In this document: piece after piece, positions 7,636 through 16,760 of the stretch | How positions within the stretch are numbered: position 1 is the stretch's first letter | Layout: every line of letters begins with the position of its first letter | From: Promethearchaeum syntrophicum | GTDB lineage: Archaea > Asgardarchaeota > Lokiarchaeia > Sigyniarchaeales > Promethearchaeaceae | Assembly (NCBI RefSeq): GCF_008000775.2 | Contig: NZ_CP042905.2 | Span: forward strand, 1,560,001-1,592,000 | Reading direction: 5' to 3' | DNA: 32,000 nucleotides | Translations under genes and position numbers: made by a program | Notes under the pieces: generated by a model | What the model was told of the DNA's origin: nothing | The model's database searches: none | The model's input: the letters and a program-made list of their open reading frames with translations, nothing else

Positions 7636-8625
7636 ATGGAATCATACAACAAGAATTTCTCAGTAATAAAAATTACGATTGTCTTGTTAGTTGTATTACT
7701 TGCACTTTACATCTCAAGTATTTATTCCTATCTATTCTTTCATCTACTTGCAGAGATTATTAGTATTATCATTGGGGTTTCAATTTTTCTTTTCCTTTGG
7801 ATTAATCGATACACGATTAAGATTAATTTTTATATTATTCTTGGTGTGTCTTCATTTTTTATAAGTATTATCGATTTTTTTCATACCCTCTCATATAAAG
7901 GAATGGATATTTTTATTGGGTACGATGCCAATCTTCCAACACAATTATGGATAGTCGCAAGATATATTCAAGCCATTTCAGTCTTATTAGCAATAGCGTT
8001 ATCCAATAAAAAAATATCTTCATACTTACTTTTTCTAATATATAGTATAGTTACAATAACAGTTCTCAGTTTGATTTTTTTGACAGATATTTTTCCTGAT
8101 TGTTTTGTTGAAGAAACAGGGTTGACTTTGTTTAAAATAATTAGTGAATTTGTTATTGTTTTTATATTATTGGTCTCAATTTTCTTTCTTTTCAGGAATA
8201 AACGTGATTTTGACCCTCAAATAAAAGTTTTATTCTATTTCATCATCATATTTTTGATTTTAGCAGAGCTTTCGTTTACTCTTTATAAAAACGATGTGTA
8301 TGGCTTATTTAATATTATCGGGCATTACCTTAAGATTATCTCTAATTATCTACTTCTCATAGGCATTCTTGAAGTAGGTATAAAGCAACCTCATAAACTT
8401 CTTTATTTGCGTCTAAAAAATAGTGAAGAAGAATTACGAAAAGCATTGGATGAAGTACAAGAACTTAAAGGAATTATCCCAATATGTGCCTCTTGTAAAA
8501 AGATCAGAAGTATTGATGGTGAGTGGGAACAAATTGAGGATTATATAAGGGAATATTCCAAAGCGGAATTTTCTCACGGATTATGTCCAGATTGTTATAA
8601 GAAATCTCTTGATGAATTAGACTAA
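7636..8625 (+). CDS. Membrane sensor: MASE3-like multi-pass domain + coiled coil + C-terminal Cys-rich module, with no kinase or cyclase domain
   Basis: The 329-aa ORF has about 7 hydrophobic helices including the MASE3-like signature DFFHTLSYKGMDIF..TQLWIVARYIQAISVLL. This is followed by LKNSEEELRKALDEVQELKG and then ICASCKKIRSIDGEWEQIEDYIREYSKAEFSHGLCPDCYKK (CxxC..H..CxxC). Confidence 0.65.
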   Translation: MESYNKNFSVIKITIVLLVVLLALYISSIYSYLFFHLLAEIISIIIGVSIFLFLWINRYTIKINFYIILGVSSFFISIIDFFHTLSYKGMDIFIGYDANLPTQLWIVARYIQAISVLLAIALSNKKISSYLLFLIYSIVTITVLSLIFLTDIFPDCFVEETGLTLFKIISEFVIVFILLVSIFFLFRNKRDFDPQIKVLFYFIIIFLILAELSFTLYKNDVYGLFNIIGHYLKIISNYLLLIGILEVGIKQPHKLLYLRLKNSEEELRKALDEVQELKGIIPICASCKKIRSIDGEWEQIEDYIREYSKAEFSHGLCPDCYKKSLDELD

Positions 8626-8714
8626 TATTTGGAAATGATGAGAAAAATTAAAGAAAAATGCAAAACTTTGAATCTTAATCTTTTACAATTTCTGTAATTC
8701 GATTGTTGATTAGT

Positions 8715-10241
8715 ATGACAAATGATGATGAATCTTCTAAAATTTTAATGTTAATGGCCCATCGGGGATTTATTTGGGGACCCTCACCAGAAATTTATAA
8801 CCCCGTCAAAGGATCTTATGAATTTGGCCCGCTCGGAAAACTAATGAAAAATAATCTAGAAAATTATATACGAAAATTATTTCGCAAACATAATTTTTGG
8901 GAAGTCCAATGCCCCCTAATCAGTCCAGAAATTGTTTGGAAAGCGTCCGGGCATGTTGAGCGATTCTTCGATTATATTATTCAATGTGAGAATAAGGATT
9001 GTAACAATTTATTCCGAGTTGACACAATGCTCGAACAAATGGGATATGATCTTACAGAAATTAATTTGAACGAATTACAGGAATTTATCGAAAAAGAAAA
9101 AATAAAATGCCCCGATTGTGAGGGAAATCTGGGAGAGGTCGCCAAACAGAATTTGATGATCACTTCAAAATTAGGATTTCCATCATCTGAATATATTTTG
9201 CGCCCAGAAACTGCTACTACAACCTATTTAACCTTTCCTCGACTTTACAATTTTAATCGAACCAACCTCCCGATTTTTGTATTTCAAATGGGATATGCAT
9301 TTCGCAATGAAATATCTCCCCGAAAAATGCTGCTTCGAACACGAGAATTTGAGCAATGTGAAGGCCAAATATTCATTCGCCCAGATCAAGAGTTAAATTT
9401 TGAACCCTATGAAGAAAGAAAGAATTACAAGATCAAAATGTGGTCTGCAAAAGCGCAGGAACAAAATGATAAAAAAAGCGTTAAAATCACCCTAGAAAAA
9501 GCAATTGAACAAAAAATAATTCAAAAACCTGCTTACGCCTGGTTACTATATTTAGCATACGATCTGGTTAAAGGTTTAAACATTCCTGAAAAAAATATAC
9601 GACTCAGACAACATAAAGATGATGAAAAAGCTCATTACGCGCATGATGCTTGGGATATCGAAATCAAATCCAAAATCTATGGTTGGACTGAGGTCTGTGG
9701 TGTACATGATCGTGGAGATTATGATTTGACGCGCCATCAGAAATATTCAAAGAAAAAACAGCTTTTTGTCCCAGGAGTCAAGAAAGGAGAAAAAATAATT
9801 CCGCACGTCTTAGAAATTGCTTTTGGTGTTGGAAGATTATTCTTTTTTGCACTAGAGCAAGCTTTTAAGTTTGAAAAAGAACGAAATCTGCTTGATCTTC
9901 ATATTCAAATAACTCCCGTTCCATTTGCTGTATTTCCACTTATGAAGAAACCGGCAGAATTACAACAAATTTCACGCAAAATCTATGAAGATTTAATTGA
10001 AAACGATATAAGCGCAATTTATGATATCGCTGGGTCGATTGGGAAACGTTATCGCCGAACTGAAGAAATAGGTGTTCGATATGCCTTCACGATAGACCAT
10101 CAAAGTATCGAAGATAAAACAGTGACAATCAGAAATATTGAAGATATGTCTCAGAAACGTGTTAAAATTGACGAGCTTATTCAATTAGCAACAAATCTTT
10201 TACATAATAAAACTACTTTTGAAGATATTCCTGAAATTTAA
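8715..10241 (+). CDS. glyS: Glycine--tRNA ligase (archaeal/eukaryal-type class II GlyRS)
   Basis: The N-terminus RGFIWGPSPEIYNPVKGSYEFGPLGKLMKNNLENYIRKLF matches the conserved GlyRS motif-1 region. Class II motif 2 is FRNEISPRKMLLRTREFEQCE and motif 3 is EIAFGVGRLFF. A C-terminal anticodon-binding domain is present (PVPFAVFPL..GKRYRRTEEIGVRYAFTIDHQS). The ATG at 8715 is preferred over the TTG at 8703. Confidence 0.9.
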   Translation: MTNDDESSKILMLMAHRGFIWGPSPEIYNPVKGSYEFGPLGKLMKNNLENYIRKLFRKHNFWEVQCPLISPEIVWKASGHVERFFDYIIQCENKDCNNLFRVDTMLEQMGYDLTEINLNELQEFIEKEKIKCPDCEGNLGEVAKQNLMITSKLGFPSSEYILRPETATTTYLTFPRLYNFNRTNLPIFVFQMGYAFRNEISPRKMLLRTREFEQCEGQIFIRPDQELNFEPYEERKNYKIKMWSAKAQEQNDKKSVKITLEKAIEQKIIQKPAYAWLLYLAYDLVKGLNIPEKNIRLRQHKDDEKAHYAHDAWDIEIKSKIYGWTEVCGVHDRGDYDLTRHQKYSKKKQLFVPGVKKGEKIIPHVLEIAFGVGRLFFFALEQAFKFEKERNLLDLHIQITPVPFAVFPLMKKPAELQQISRKIYEDLIENDISAIYDIAGSIGKRYRRTEEIGVRYAFTIDHQSIEDKTVTIRNIEDMSQKRVKIDELIQLATNLLHNKTTFEDIPEI

Positions 10242-10245
10242 AGAG

Positions 10246-10254
10246 TTTTTTTTT
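10246..10254 (+). terminator. Oligo-T tract (T9) 4 nt after the glyS stop
   Basis: The sequence reads taa-agag-ttttttttt. Confidence 0.4.
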
Positions 10255-10315
10255 ATTAAGATATTTCTTTTCAATCTCAGTTTTCAATGAATTTATTTTT
10301 GTCGAAATAAAAGAT

Positions 10316-10342
10316 TTACAAGGAGCCGATTCTTCCTTGTAA
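10316..10342 (+). promoter_or_regulatory. Perfect 9-bp stem hairpin ending 2 nt before the transposase ATG
   Basis: TTACAAGGA-gccgattct-TCCTTGTAA. The 3' arm abuts the start codon at 10345. Confidence 0.5.
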
Positions 10343-10344
10343 TC

Positions 10345-11679
10345 ATGCAATCTGTAACAACAAGCGGATTGGAGTTCCCGCTCCACCCCGCAGAAGAATC
10401 ATGCCCATATGATTATTGGCTGCCATGGCTAAAAAATCTTGCTCTAGAAATTATCAACCAAACTCATCTCTCAAAACGAAAAGGATATAAGTATTCCGCT
10501 GAAGATTTTTGGGAAATATTAATACTTCATTCCCTCATGGATCTTTCATTAGATGAAGCTTCTGATGAGTTGAATAAATTACTTTGGCAGAAGGAAAATG
10601 CCACCCGTCGCAGGAAAATTCAACCGAGACAATTTTTAGGAGAACTTGTACGGCGGGAAAGAAAGTGCCCTAATGGAGATCAAGTACGCAAATATCGGCA
10701 ATCACTCCCACTTTGGATATTAAATAGATTAAATGATATGATATTTGATGCCCAACTCAATTATGCTCTTCAAAATGGATTTATTTCCCATCAAATTGAC
10801 TTGTTAATTGATAATACTGATCAATGGTACTATGGATCAGAGCGATTTCCTCAAAATCCATTCCTTACAAAAGGTTATAATGGCCCTGGCACATCTCGTA
10901 AACGAAATTATCTTGGTCTGATGATAAAAAGCAAAGGAACCAGCTTATTTGTTGGAATTCATCTCATTAAAAGAAAGCACTCAAATGTCCCAAAAATCCT
11001 TCATTGCATTGATAGAATAATTCAACATGGGTTTAATGTTAGAGCTGTGATAGGTGATCGATGGTTCCCGACCTATGAATTATTGTCCGAATTAAATCCG
11101 CGTGGGATCCATTATATTGGCCCCTATCGAAAGTGGAAGCCAATTAAACGGCTTTTAGAACGTTATTTAAAAAAAGATATTCACTATATTCAATCATACA
11201 TCGTTCGAGGCGCACCAAAGAAATTTTATCACTTGCCAGGGATCCACGTGTGGTTAATTTTTACCAATCGACAAGGTCGGCGGTTACGGGATATTCGACA
11301 GGATTTCAAACAAAGAAGGATTGATTTAACTGAAGCAATGAAGGAAATAATGGTGATGATGACTACAAAGCCTCCACCTAGATGCAAAAAGGCTCAACAA
11401 GGTTGGGCTTCAAGTATTTGTCAAAAATATGATCGTCGGTGGCAAATTGAGACTGGTTTTCGGGATATAAATCGACTTGGTCCGCCATCCAATGCACATA
11501 CAAATGCCCGGAAATTAACAATGCGTTCAGTTCAATACTGGCTTTATAATGCATGGCAAATTGAGAAAGCTCGAAGGAGGCGACAACATAATATGTTAAA
11601 AAGTTGGAAACGAGGCCCTACCCTTCGACAATTCTCATTTATTCAAACTCAACTTCGGTTAGTGGAGAAGAAAATTTAA
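10345..11679 (+). CDS. DDE transposase, IS4-like superfamily (ISH3/IS701-like)
   Basis: The 444-aa ORF carries a DDE triad in context: LLIDNTDQWYYG, AVIGDRWFPTYE, YDRRWQIETGFRDINR (a Y-x2-R-x3-E signature). The ORF is visibly richer in G/C than its neighbours (e.g. cggcggttacggg, ggccctggcac, aggaggcgacaac). Confidence 0.85.
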   Translation: MQSVTTSGLEFPLHPAEESCPYDYWLPWLKNLALEIINQTHLSKRKGYKYSAEDFWEILILHSLMDLSLDEASDELNKLLWQKENATRRRKIQPRQFLGELVRRERKCPNGDQVRKYRQSLPLWILNRLNDMIFDAQLNYALQNGFISHQIDLLIDNTDQWYYGSERFPQNPFLTKGYNGPGTSRKRNYLGLMIKSKGTSLFVGIHLIKRKHSNVPKILHCIDRIIQHGFNVRAVIGDRWFPTYELLSELNPRGIHYIGPYRKWKPIKRLLERYLKKDIHYIQSYIVRGAPKKFYHLPGIHVWLIFTNRQGRRLRDIRQDFKQRRIDLTEAMKEIMVMMTTKPPPRCKKAQQGWASSICQKYDRRWQIETGFRDINRLGPPSNAHTNARKLTMRSVQYWLYNAWQIEKARRRRQHNMLKSWKRGPTLRQFSFIQTQLRLVEKKI

Positions 11680-11864
11680 AACAAGTTCAAATGCAAGAAA
11701 TCTACTTTAATCAACCCAAAATAAATGGAGGAAATAAGAAAAATTTAAATTAATCATTCACTGAATCTATATCCTATCAATTATTTTTATTTACAGCTTT
11801 CTTTAAAGAGATATTTTTATATTTTTTATAGCAAGTTTTTTATATTTGTTTTTGTATTTTTTCA

Positions 11865-12209
11865 ATGATGGAACAAATAAATTTTCGATTATTAAAAGAT
11901 GAAAAAGAAATTTTAACAACAATTGCACGTTCACGAGGTGTATCTGTAGCAGAATTTGCCAAAAAAGCAGTTTTAAAAGAAATTACTCCATTAAGATTAG
12001 AATTAGCATTTAGATTATTGAAAGAAGGAAAAATTGGATTTAAAAGGGCATGGAAGATTTCAGGGTTAACATATCATGAATTTTTAATTAAATGGAGTAA
12101 TCGAGGAGCTGAAGAAAAAATCAGCCAAAAATCAGAAGAAAAAGGTTTGAAATATGCATTATCTTTTGATTTGGAACCCTTTTTAAAGATAAATGAAAAT
12201 AAGGAATAA
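11865..12209 (+). CDS. Antitoxin-like protein: N-terminal ribbon-helix-helix fused to a UPF0175-like domain
   Basis: INFRLLKDEKEILTTIARSRGVSVAEFAKKAVLKEI has the RHH pattern. It is followed by LELAFRLLKEGKIGFKRAWKISGLTYHEFLIKWSNRG, which follows the UPF0175 pattern (LAxxLYxxGKxSxGKAAExxG). A PIN-like gene follows 24 nt downstream. Confidence 0.6.
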   Translation: MMEQINFRLLKDEKEILTTIARSRGVSVAEFAKKAVLKEITPLRLELAFRLLKEGKIGFKRAWKISGLTYHEFLIKWSNRGAEEKISQKSEEKGLKYALSFDLEPFLKINENKE

Positions 12210-12233
12210 ATTCATCAATAAATTGGAATTATT

Positions 12234-12734
12234 ATGATTTTCTTAACAGATACATGCTTTTGGACCCATTTATTCGATTTATATTCATTCGGGAAAATAG
12301 ATTTAAGGAAATATTTAGTGAATTTAAAATGGGGTTTAACCAAAGAAGTATTAAACGAAATAGCTGCATTAAATATGGATTCTTATTTTCCAAAATCAGA
12401 TTCTTACATTATTCCATTAAATAAAACAGAACTCATAAATTTTCTTCACAAATATCCTTTTCTTTCAGAGTTAGATAGAGCAGATCAAACTTTAGCTGCA
12501 ACTGCATATAGAGATAAATTAACATTAATAACTGATGATGGAGGTTTGTTCATGGTCTCTCAAGCAATGGGTATTTCATCTCTAAGATTGCCCCATTTTT
12601 GCATACTACTTACAAAGGAGGGAATAATAACCAAAAATTTAATGTTCAGAATAATGAAGTATTGGAAATCAATCAATAGATATTTGAAACAAGATTTAAA
12701 AAAATGGGAGTCAGCTTTACATGATATTCGATAA
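12234..12734 (+). CDS. PIN-like nuclease of the DUF3368 type (usual partner of UPF0175 antitoxins)
   Basis: MIFLTDTCFW.. provides the N-terminal acidic residue. ..LDRADQTLAATAYRDKLTLITDDGGLFMVSQAMGISSLRLPHFCILLTKEGIITK follows the DUF3368 consensus layout (LDxGExxxIxLA..LLxDDxxxR..A..G..v.Gt.GvL..A...G.I). Confidence 0.6.
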   Translation: MIFLTDTCFWTHLFDLYSFGKIDLRKYLVNLKWGLTKEVLNEIAALNMDSYFPKSDSYIIPLNKTELINFLHKYPFLSELDRADQTLAATAYRDKLTLITDDGGLFMVSQAMGISSLRLPHFCILLTKEGIITKNLMFRIMKYWKSINRYLKQDLKKWESALHDIR

Positions 12735-13205
12735 TATTTGGAGGGAATTTTCTTATTTTAGCAAGTTTCAATAGTAGTTGAAGCTCAATATTCGAAAATT
12801 TTTAGACAGCCATTGGCAGTCTCAAATGTTAATGCATAGTATGTTTGATTTTCCCTATAAAAAACGTAAAAGTATATTTTTCGGTAAAATAATGTTGTTT
12901 TTGTCCCGATCAAAGGGATTTAGAAAAGAAGTTAACCGACGAATGAAATCTCAAATAGTAGGTCCAATTAACCGGTTCGTTGATAAATTATAAATTATTG
13001 TTTTTTATATTTAAATAATTCTTACTTTATTACCAAAAATTGGCTTTTCCAAGGAATTTAGAAATGATTAGAAAAGAACCTTTAATATTGCATTTGAATA
13101 TTTCAAAAATTTGTATTTGTAACGAATATCATCAAAAATGTGGTCTGAAAATAGTCTAAAGATAAAAAAATCAATATATAAAAAATAAGTTAATCTTAAA
13201 TTTTC

Positions 13206-14696
13206 TTATAAATTATAAATTGAGCGATATTTTTCATTCAAATAATCCAGGAAATATTTCGTATCCGGGGGTTGATTGCAGATTTTCTCCATTAAATCTA
13301 TTGGATCATATAGACTTCCTTTATTATGAACGTTTGAAACCAACCAATTTCTAATTTTGCTAAAATCTCCTGAAGCAAGTTGCTCTTCCCAATTGGGGAT
13401 ACTGGTTTTCATGGTTGCCAACATTTGACTATTATAGATGTTACCTAATGCATACGTTGGAAAATATCCAAATAAACCTGCATACCAATGAGTATCTTGT
13501 AATACCCCTTCCGCATCATTTTCAATTTTCATTCCCAAATATTTTTCCATTTTGTCATTCCAAATACTTGGTAATTCGGCAACAGATATTTTCCCGGCAA
13601 TCAAATCTTGTTCAATTTCAAACCGAAGAATTATATGCAAATTATATGTAACCTCATCGGCGTAAATGCGAATTTTACTCGGGATAATTGCATTAACACT
13701 TTTAATGAACGTATCCGTATCCACCGATTGAAAAGCAGGCATATATTTCTGAACTACATTTGGATAAAAATTTTTTAGAAAAGTGGGGTTTTTTCCAACT
13801 ATATTTTCACAAAATCGACTTTGGCTTTCATGAATACCCATCGAGACTGTATCTCCAACTGCAGTATACCAATGCTCTTCTGGGGTATTTAAATTGTATA
13901 ATGCATGACCTCCCTCATGAAAGGTCGAATATATGGCTGCTGTCGGATCCTCTTGATAATGAGTGGTAATGCGGACATCTTTTGCATAACCAGTGGTAAA
14001 TGGATGTTCCGCTTCATCTACCCGTGATCGATTTGGGGGCAATCCAAGAAAATTCATTATCCACTTAGATACATGTTTTTGGGCGTCAACAGGAATATTT
14101 TTATCGAAGATAGAAATATCAGGAGGATTATCTGCAACTGCGTCTTGGTATTTCTTGATTAATTTGATGACACCATCCCTTAACGGCGTGAAATAGCTAT
14201 TAATACCTGCTGCGGTCATTTTTGGTTCATATTCATCCAACAATACATCATACATGGGTTTTTCCGCATCTAATGCTTGGGCTCTTTCTTTAACTAACTC
14301 CAGTAATATCTCCAGATCTGGCTTTACAAGTCCGAAATCTTGTTTCCTCTTTGCCTCATACCATTTACCTTCGGTTTTTGTAGATTGTTTTGTTAATCTA
14401 ATCACAAGGTCTGCTGGGATTTTAGTTTCACGATCATAATCGCGCTTCCAGAGTTCTACATTTCTTTGTTGAATCTTTTCTAACCCAGAACATTGTGAAA
14501 TTAATTTCCCAATTTGGGGGTCTGTCATTTTAACGTGAGTAATTTTACCTAAAGTTGATAATGCTTCACCTCGTTGTTCAATGCCTTCAGAAGGCATGTA
14601 GGTGCGCATATCCCAACCAAGAATCGAAGAACAATTTGAAAGTAGCCTTACTTCCTTCATTTTTTTACTCAATTCATCATAAGTAGTGTGAGTCAT
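13206..14696 (-). CDS. M32 family metallocarboxypeptidase (carboxypeptidase Taq type)
   Basis: The 496-aa ORF has the zinc motif HEGGHALY plus the family motifs EHPFTTG, DVRITTHY, GIHESQSRFCEN and IRIYADEVTYNLHIILRFEIE. Confidence 0.9.
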   Translation of the reverse strand: MTHTTYDELSKKMKEVRLLSNCSSILGWDMRTYMPSEGIEQRGEALSTLGKITHVKMTDPQIGKLISQCSGLEKIQQRNVELWKRDYDRETKIPADLVIRLTKQSTKTEGKWYEAKRKQDFGLVKPDLEILLELVKERAQALDAEKPMYDVLLDEYEPKMTAAGINSYFTPLRDGVIKLIKKYQDAVADNPPDISIFDKNIPVDAQKHVSKWIMNFLGLPPNRSRVDEAEHPFTTGYAKDVRITTHYQEDPTAAIYSTFHEGGHALYNLNTPEEHWYTAVGDTVSMGIHESQSRFCENIVGKNPTFLKNFYPNVVQKYMPAFQSVDTDTFIKSVNAIIPSKIRIYADEVTYNLHIILRFEIEQDLIAGKISVAELPSIWNDKMEKYLGMKIENDAEGVLQDTHWYAGLFGYFPTYALGNIYNSQMLATMKTSIPNWEEQLASGDFSKIRNWLVSNVHNKGSLYDPIDLMEKICNQPPDTKYFLDYLNEKYRSIYNL

Positions 14697-14743
14697 AAAT
14701 GATGATCATGAAGGAAAATATTAAAATTCATATAAATTGAAAT

Positions 14744-14766
14744 AAAAAAAAATCAAAGAAAAAAAA
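14744..14766 (-). terminator. Oligo-T tracts (T8 and T9 on the minus strand) after the transporter gene
   Basis: The plus strand shows a9 (14744-14752) and a8 (14759-14766), 11-33 nt past the stop at 14777. These are followed by a TATA-like tttatatgaatttt upstream of the M32 gene. Confidence 0.4.
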
Positions 14767-14776
14767 CCTCATCTAA

Positions 14777-16177
14777 CTATTCGCTCTTGGAATTCTTTAA
14801 ATATTCCAAATAATCATTCTCTTTTTGAATATGGATTTTGGATATGTCTTCCTTCTTAGAATTCCATTCTTTTCCATGCAAAGGATACCAAAGAAATAAA
14901 ATTGTAGCGATAAAGAAGAAAATTGCAGGAACAAGGAAGAAACCAAGCATGATTCCATCTTTAGCATGATCGGTTTGGGTGTTGAGAGTTTCATCAAAAC
15001 CATATGCAGTAAAGATAGTTAAATAAAGCCAATTAGCTATGCTGATTGAAGGCTTCATAAATAGTGCATTTATACCAGCATAGGTTGTTTCTCTTCGTTT
15101 TCCAGTTAGCGTTTCGTCGTAATCTATAAGGTCTCCCATAATTGGCTGTTCGCTAACAACTCGCGCAGCAAATCCAATCCCAATAAAAATCATGATAATA
15201 ACTGCAGGAACTAATGTATTGGCTAAAAAGAACGCAATTAGGAAAATTATAGATGTTATTAAGAGTCCCGCAAATTGGATTTTCTTTAATCCATATTTTG
15301 AGATATATAAGCTGAAAACAAAAGTAAAAATAAAAAGTGATAAAAACACAATCACAATTGGCACCATTGCCATGAATTCTTCTAATTGGAGAATAAATTG
15401 AATATAATAGAAAATACCAGAGAGTAATGTGGTATATCCAATCACCCACATAAAGTTGCTACTTTCAAAGATTAAAAATGGCTTATTTTTCAGACAAGCT
15501 TTTAACGAATCGATGATTCCTAATGTGTCTTCTTTTTGCGTATAATCATTTTCATATAAGAAATAACTCCCAACAAACATGATTACTGAAGATATTATTC
15601 CTACAATAATCATTGCTGGTCGAAAAGCAGGATCGAGTTCAGTAGTTTCACCTGTTAAAAGAAACATCGGGAGGGCCATGGAAACTAAAACACCTAAAGC
15701 ACCAAGAATTGTAGTATATACGCCTAAATTTGCTCGGGATTTTGCTGTTATTGCCATTTCAGCAGGCAAAGAATATGTCACAAGACCGACGAGCGTAAAG
15801 ATCGAATCAAATACAAATAATACAACTATGAAATTTAGAACAAGGGCAGTTTGAGAGTTCCCAAAAAACGGAAACCACGAGAGGATGAATAAAAATCCAT
15901 AAATAAATGCTCCATAACGGATATAGGGGATTCTTCTGCCAATTTTTGTTTTGGTTCGCTCTTCTAATATTCCAAAAAGAGGGTCGTTAATGGCGTTCCA
16001 AAATCCAAATATCAACCATGCAATCCCAATTAAATCCGAAGATAGCCCCAATTTTATATTATAAAAAAAAGTAATACTCCCAAAGACGGTCCCTTCAAGG
16101 GCAGATGATGCAGTTCCTATTAACCCGAAAGCCCATTTCGTCTTTCTGGGAATTTCATCGTTATAATTTTCTCCCAT
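14777..16177 (-). CDS. GPH-family (glycoside-pentoside-hexuronide:cation symporter-like) MFS transporter
   Basis: The 466-aa ORF has about 12 hydrophobic helices. The GPH signature lies in the loop 2-3 region: NAINDPLFGILEERTKTKIGRRIPYIRYG (DxxxGxxxDRTxxxxGRRRP-like). Confidence 0.8.
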   Translation of the reverse strand: MGENYNDEIPRKTKWAFGLIGTASSALEGTVFGSITFFYNIKLGLSSDLIGIAWLIFGFWNAINDPLFGILEERTKTKIGRRIPYIRYGAFIYGFLFILSWFPFFGNSQTALVLNFIVVLFVFDSIFTLVGLVTYSLPAEMAITAKSRANLGVYTTILGALGVLVSMALPMFLLTGETTELDPAFRPAMIIVGIISSVIMFVGSYFLYENDYTQKEDTLGIIDSLKACLKNKPFLIFESSNFMWVIGYTTLLSGIFYYIQFILQLEEFMAMVPIVIVFLSLFIFTFVFSLYISKYGLKKIQFAGLLITSIIFLIAFFLANTLVPAVIIMIFIGIGFAARVVSEQPIMGDLIDYDETLTGKRRETTYAGINALFMKPSISIANWLYLTIFTAYGFDETLNTQTDHAKDGIMLGFFLVPAIFFFIATILFLWYPLHGKEWNSKKEDISKIHIQKENDYLEYLKNSKSE

Positions 16178-16293
16178 ATTTCTTATTGAATTTCTATCTT
16201 TTTAATTGGGATCTTAAATATCTGACAAAATTAATAAAGGTAATACAGAAATTGATGAAAAAAATAAAAGAACCTTAACTATTACAATGATTA

Positions 16294-16731
16294 TTACTTC
16301 TTTTTTGATGAATCATACACCCCATATTTAATTGCTATACCGAATGAACCTATTGATAGAAAAAGAAGCCTAGAAACAGCAAAAGAAATAATTAGGTTTA
16401 TGATATAAATCCCAATTCTCATGATTTGATTCAAATTAAAATTTTTTCTCTTGGGGATTGTATAAATTCCATTTGCAATATTTATTGAAGATACCCCTAA
16501 GATGCTAAAGGTACTATAATAATTTGTATAGATATAAGGATAATTACTTAGATACGTGATCCTATCAATTACGCCGAAAAAAATACCATACAGATTTGAC
16601 AGAACAAAATTTGAGACCTGGATCTTCCAAAATAAATGTTTTATTAACCTATTTTGGGAATTCTTTGGTTCAATTTCTGATGAATTTATGTTCAATTTTT
16701 CCCCAATTTTTTCGATTTTTTTCTTATCCAT
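16294..16731 (-). CDS. Small membrane protein, paralog C of a tandem triplet (unknown family)
   Basis: This is a 145-aa protein from the ATG at 16731: MDKKKIEKIGEKLNINSSEI...KYGVYDSSKKK. An AAGGTG SD lies ~10 nt upstream. It has three hydrophobic segments. The track start at 16764 (an ATGA overlap with the paralog B stop) adds 11 non-conserved residues. The N-terminus and C-terminal tail are conserved with paralogs A and B. Confidence 0.7.
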   Translation of the reverse strand: MDKKKIEKIGEKLNINSSEIEPKNSQNRLIKHLFWKIQVSNFVLSNLYGIFFGVIDRITYLSNYPYIYTNYYSTFSILGVSSINIANGIYTIPKRKNFNLNQIMRIGIYIINLIISFAVSRLLFLSIGSFGIAIKYGVYDSSKKK

Positions 16732-16760
16732 ATTTTTTTTGCACCTTACTATTATTTTGA

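Larger units (their letters stand above)
10277..11764 (+). mobile_element. Possible IS element (IS4/ISH3-like) surrounding the transposase gene; boundaries are tentative
   Basis: The candidate imperfect terminal inverted repeats are TCAGTTTTCAATGAATTTA (10277-10295) and the reverse complement of 11746-11764 (TCAGTGAATGATTAATTTA). They match at 13 of 19 ungapped positions with an identical terminal TCAGT. No flanking target-site duplication was found, and the AT-rich background makes chance matches likely. Confidence 0.3.

Noticed and set aside
12778-12993. A 71-aa ORF (TTG start) downstream of the PIN-like gene, containing a 19-nt near-palindrome agacagccattggcagtct.
   Set aside because: It has a non-ATG start, no SD, a basic low-complexity translation and no recognisable motif. 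It is probably non-coding. The palindrome has one mismatch and no loop. It could be a protein-binding site, but nothing else supports that.
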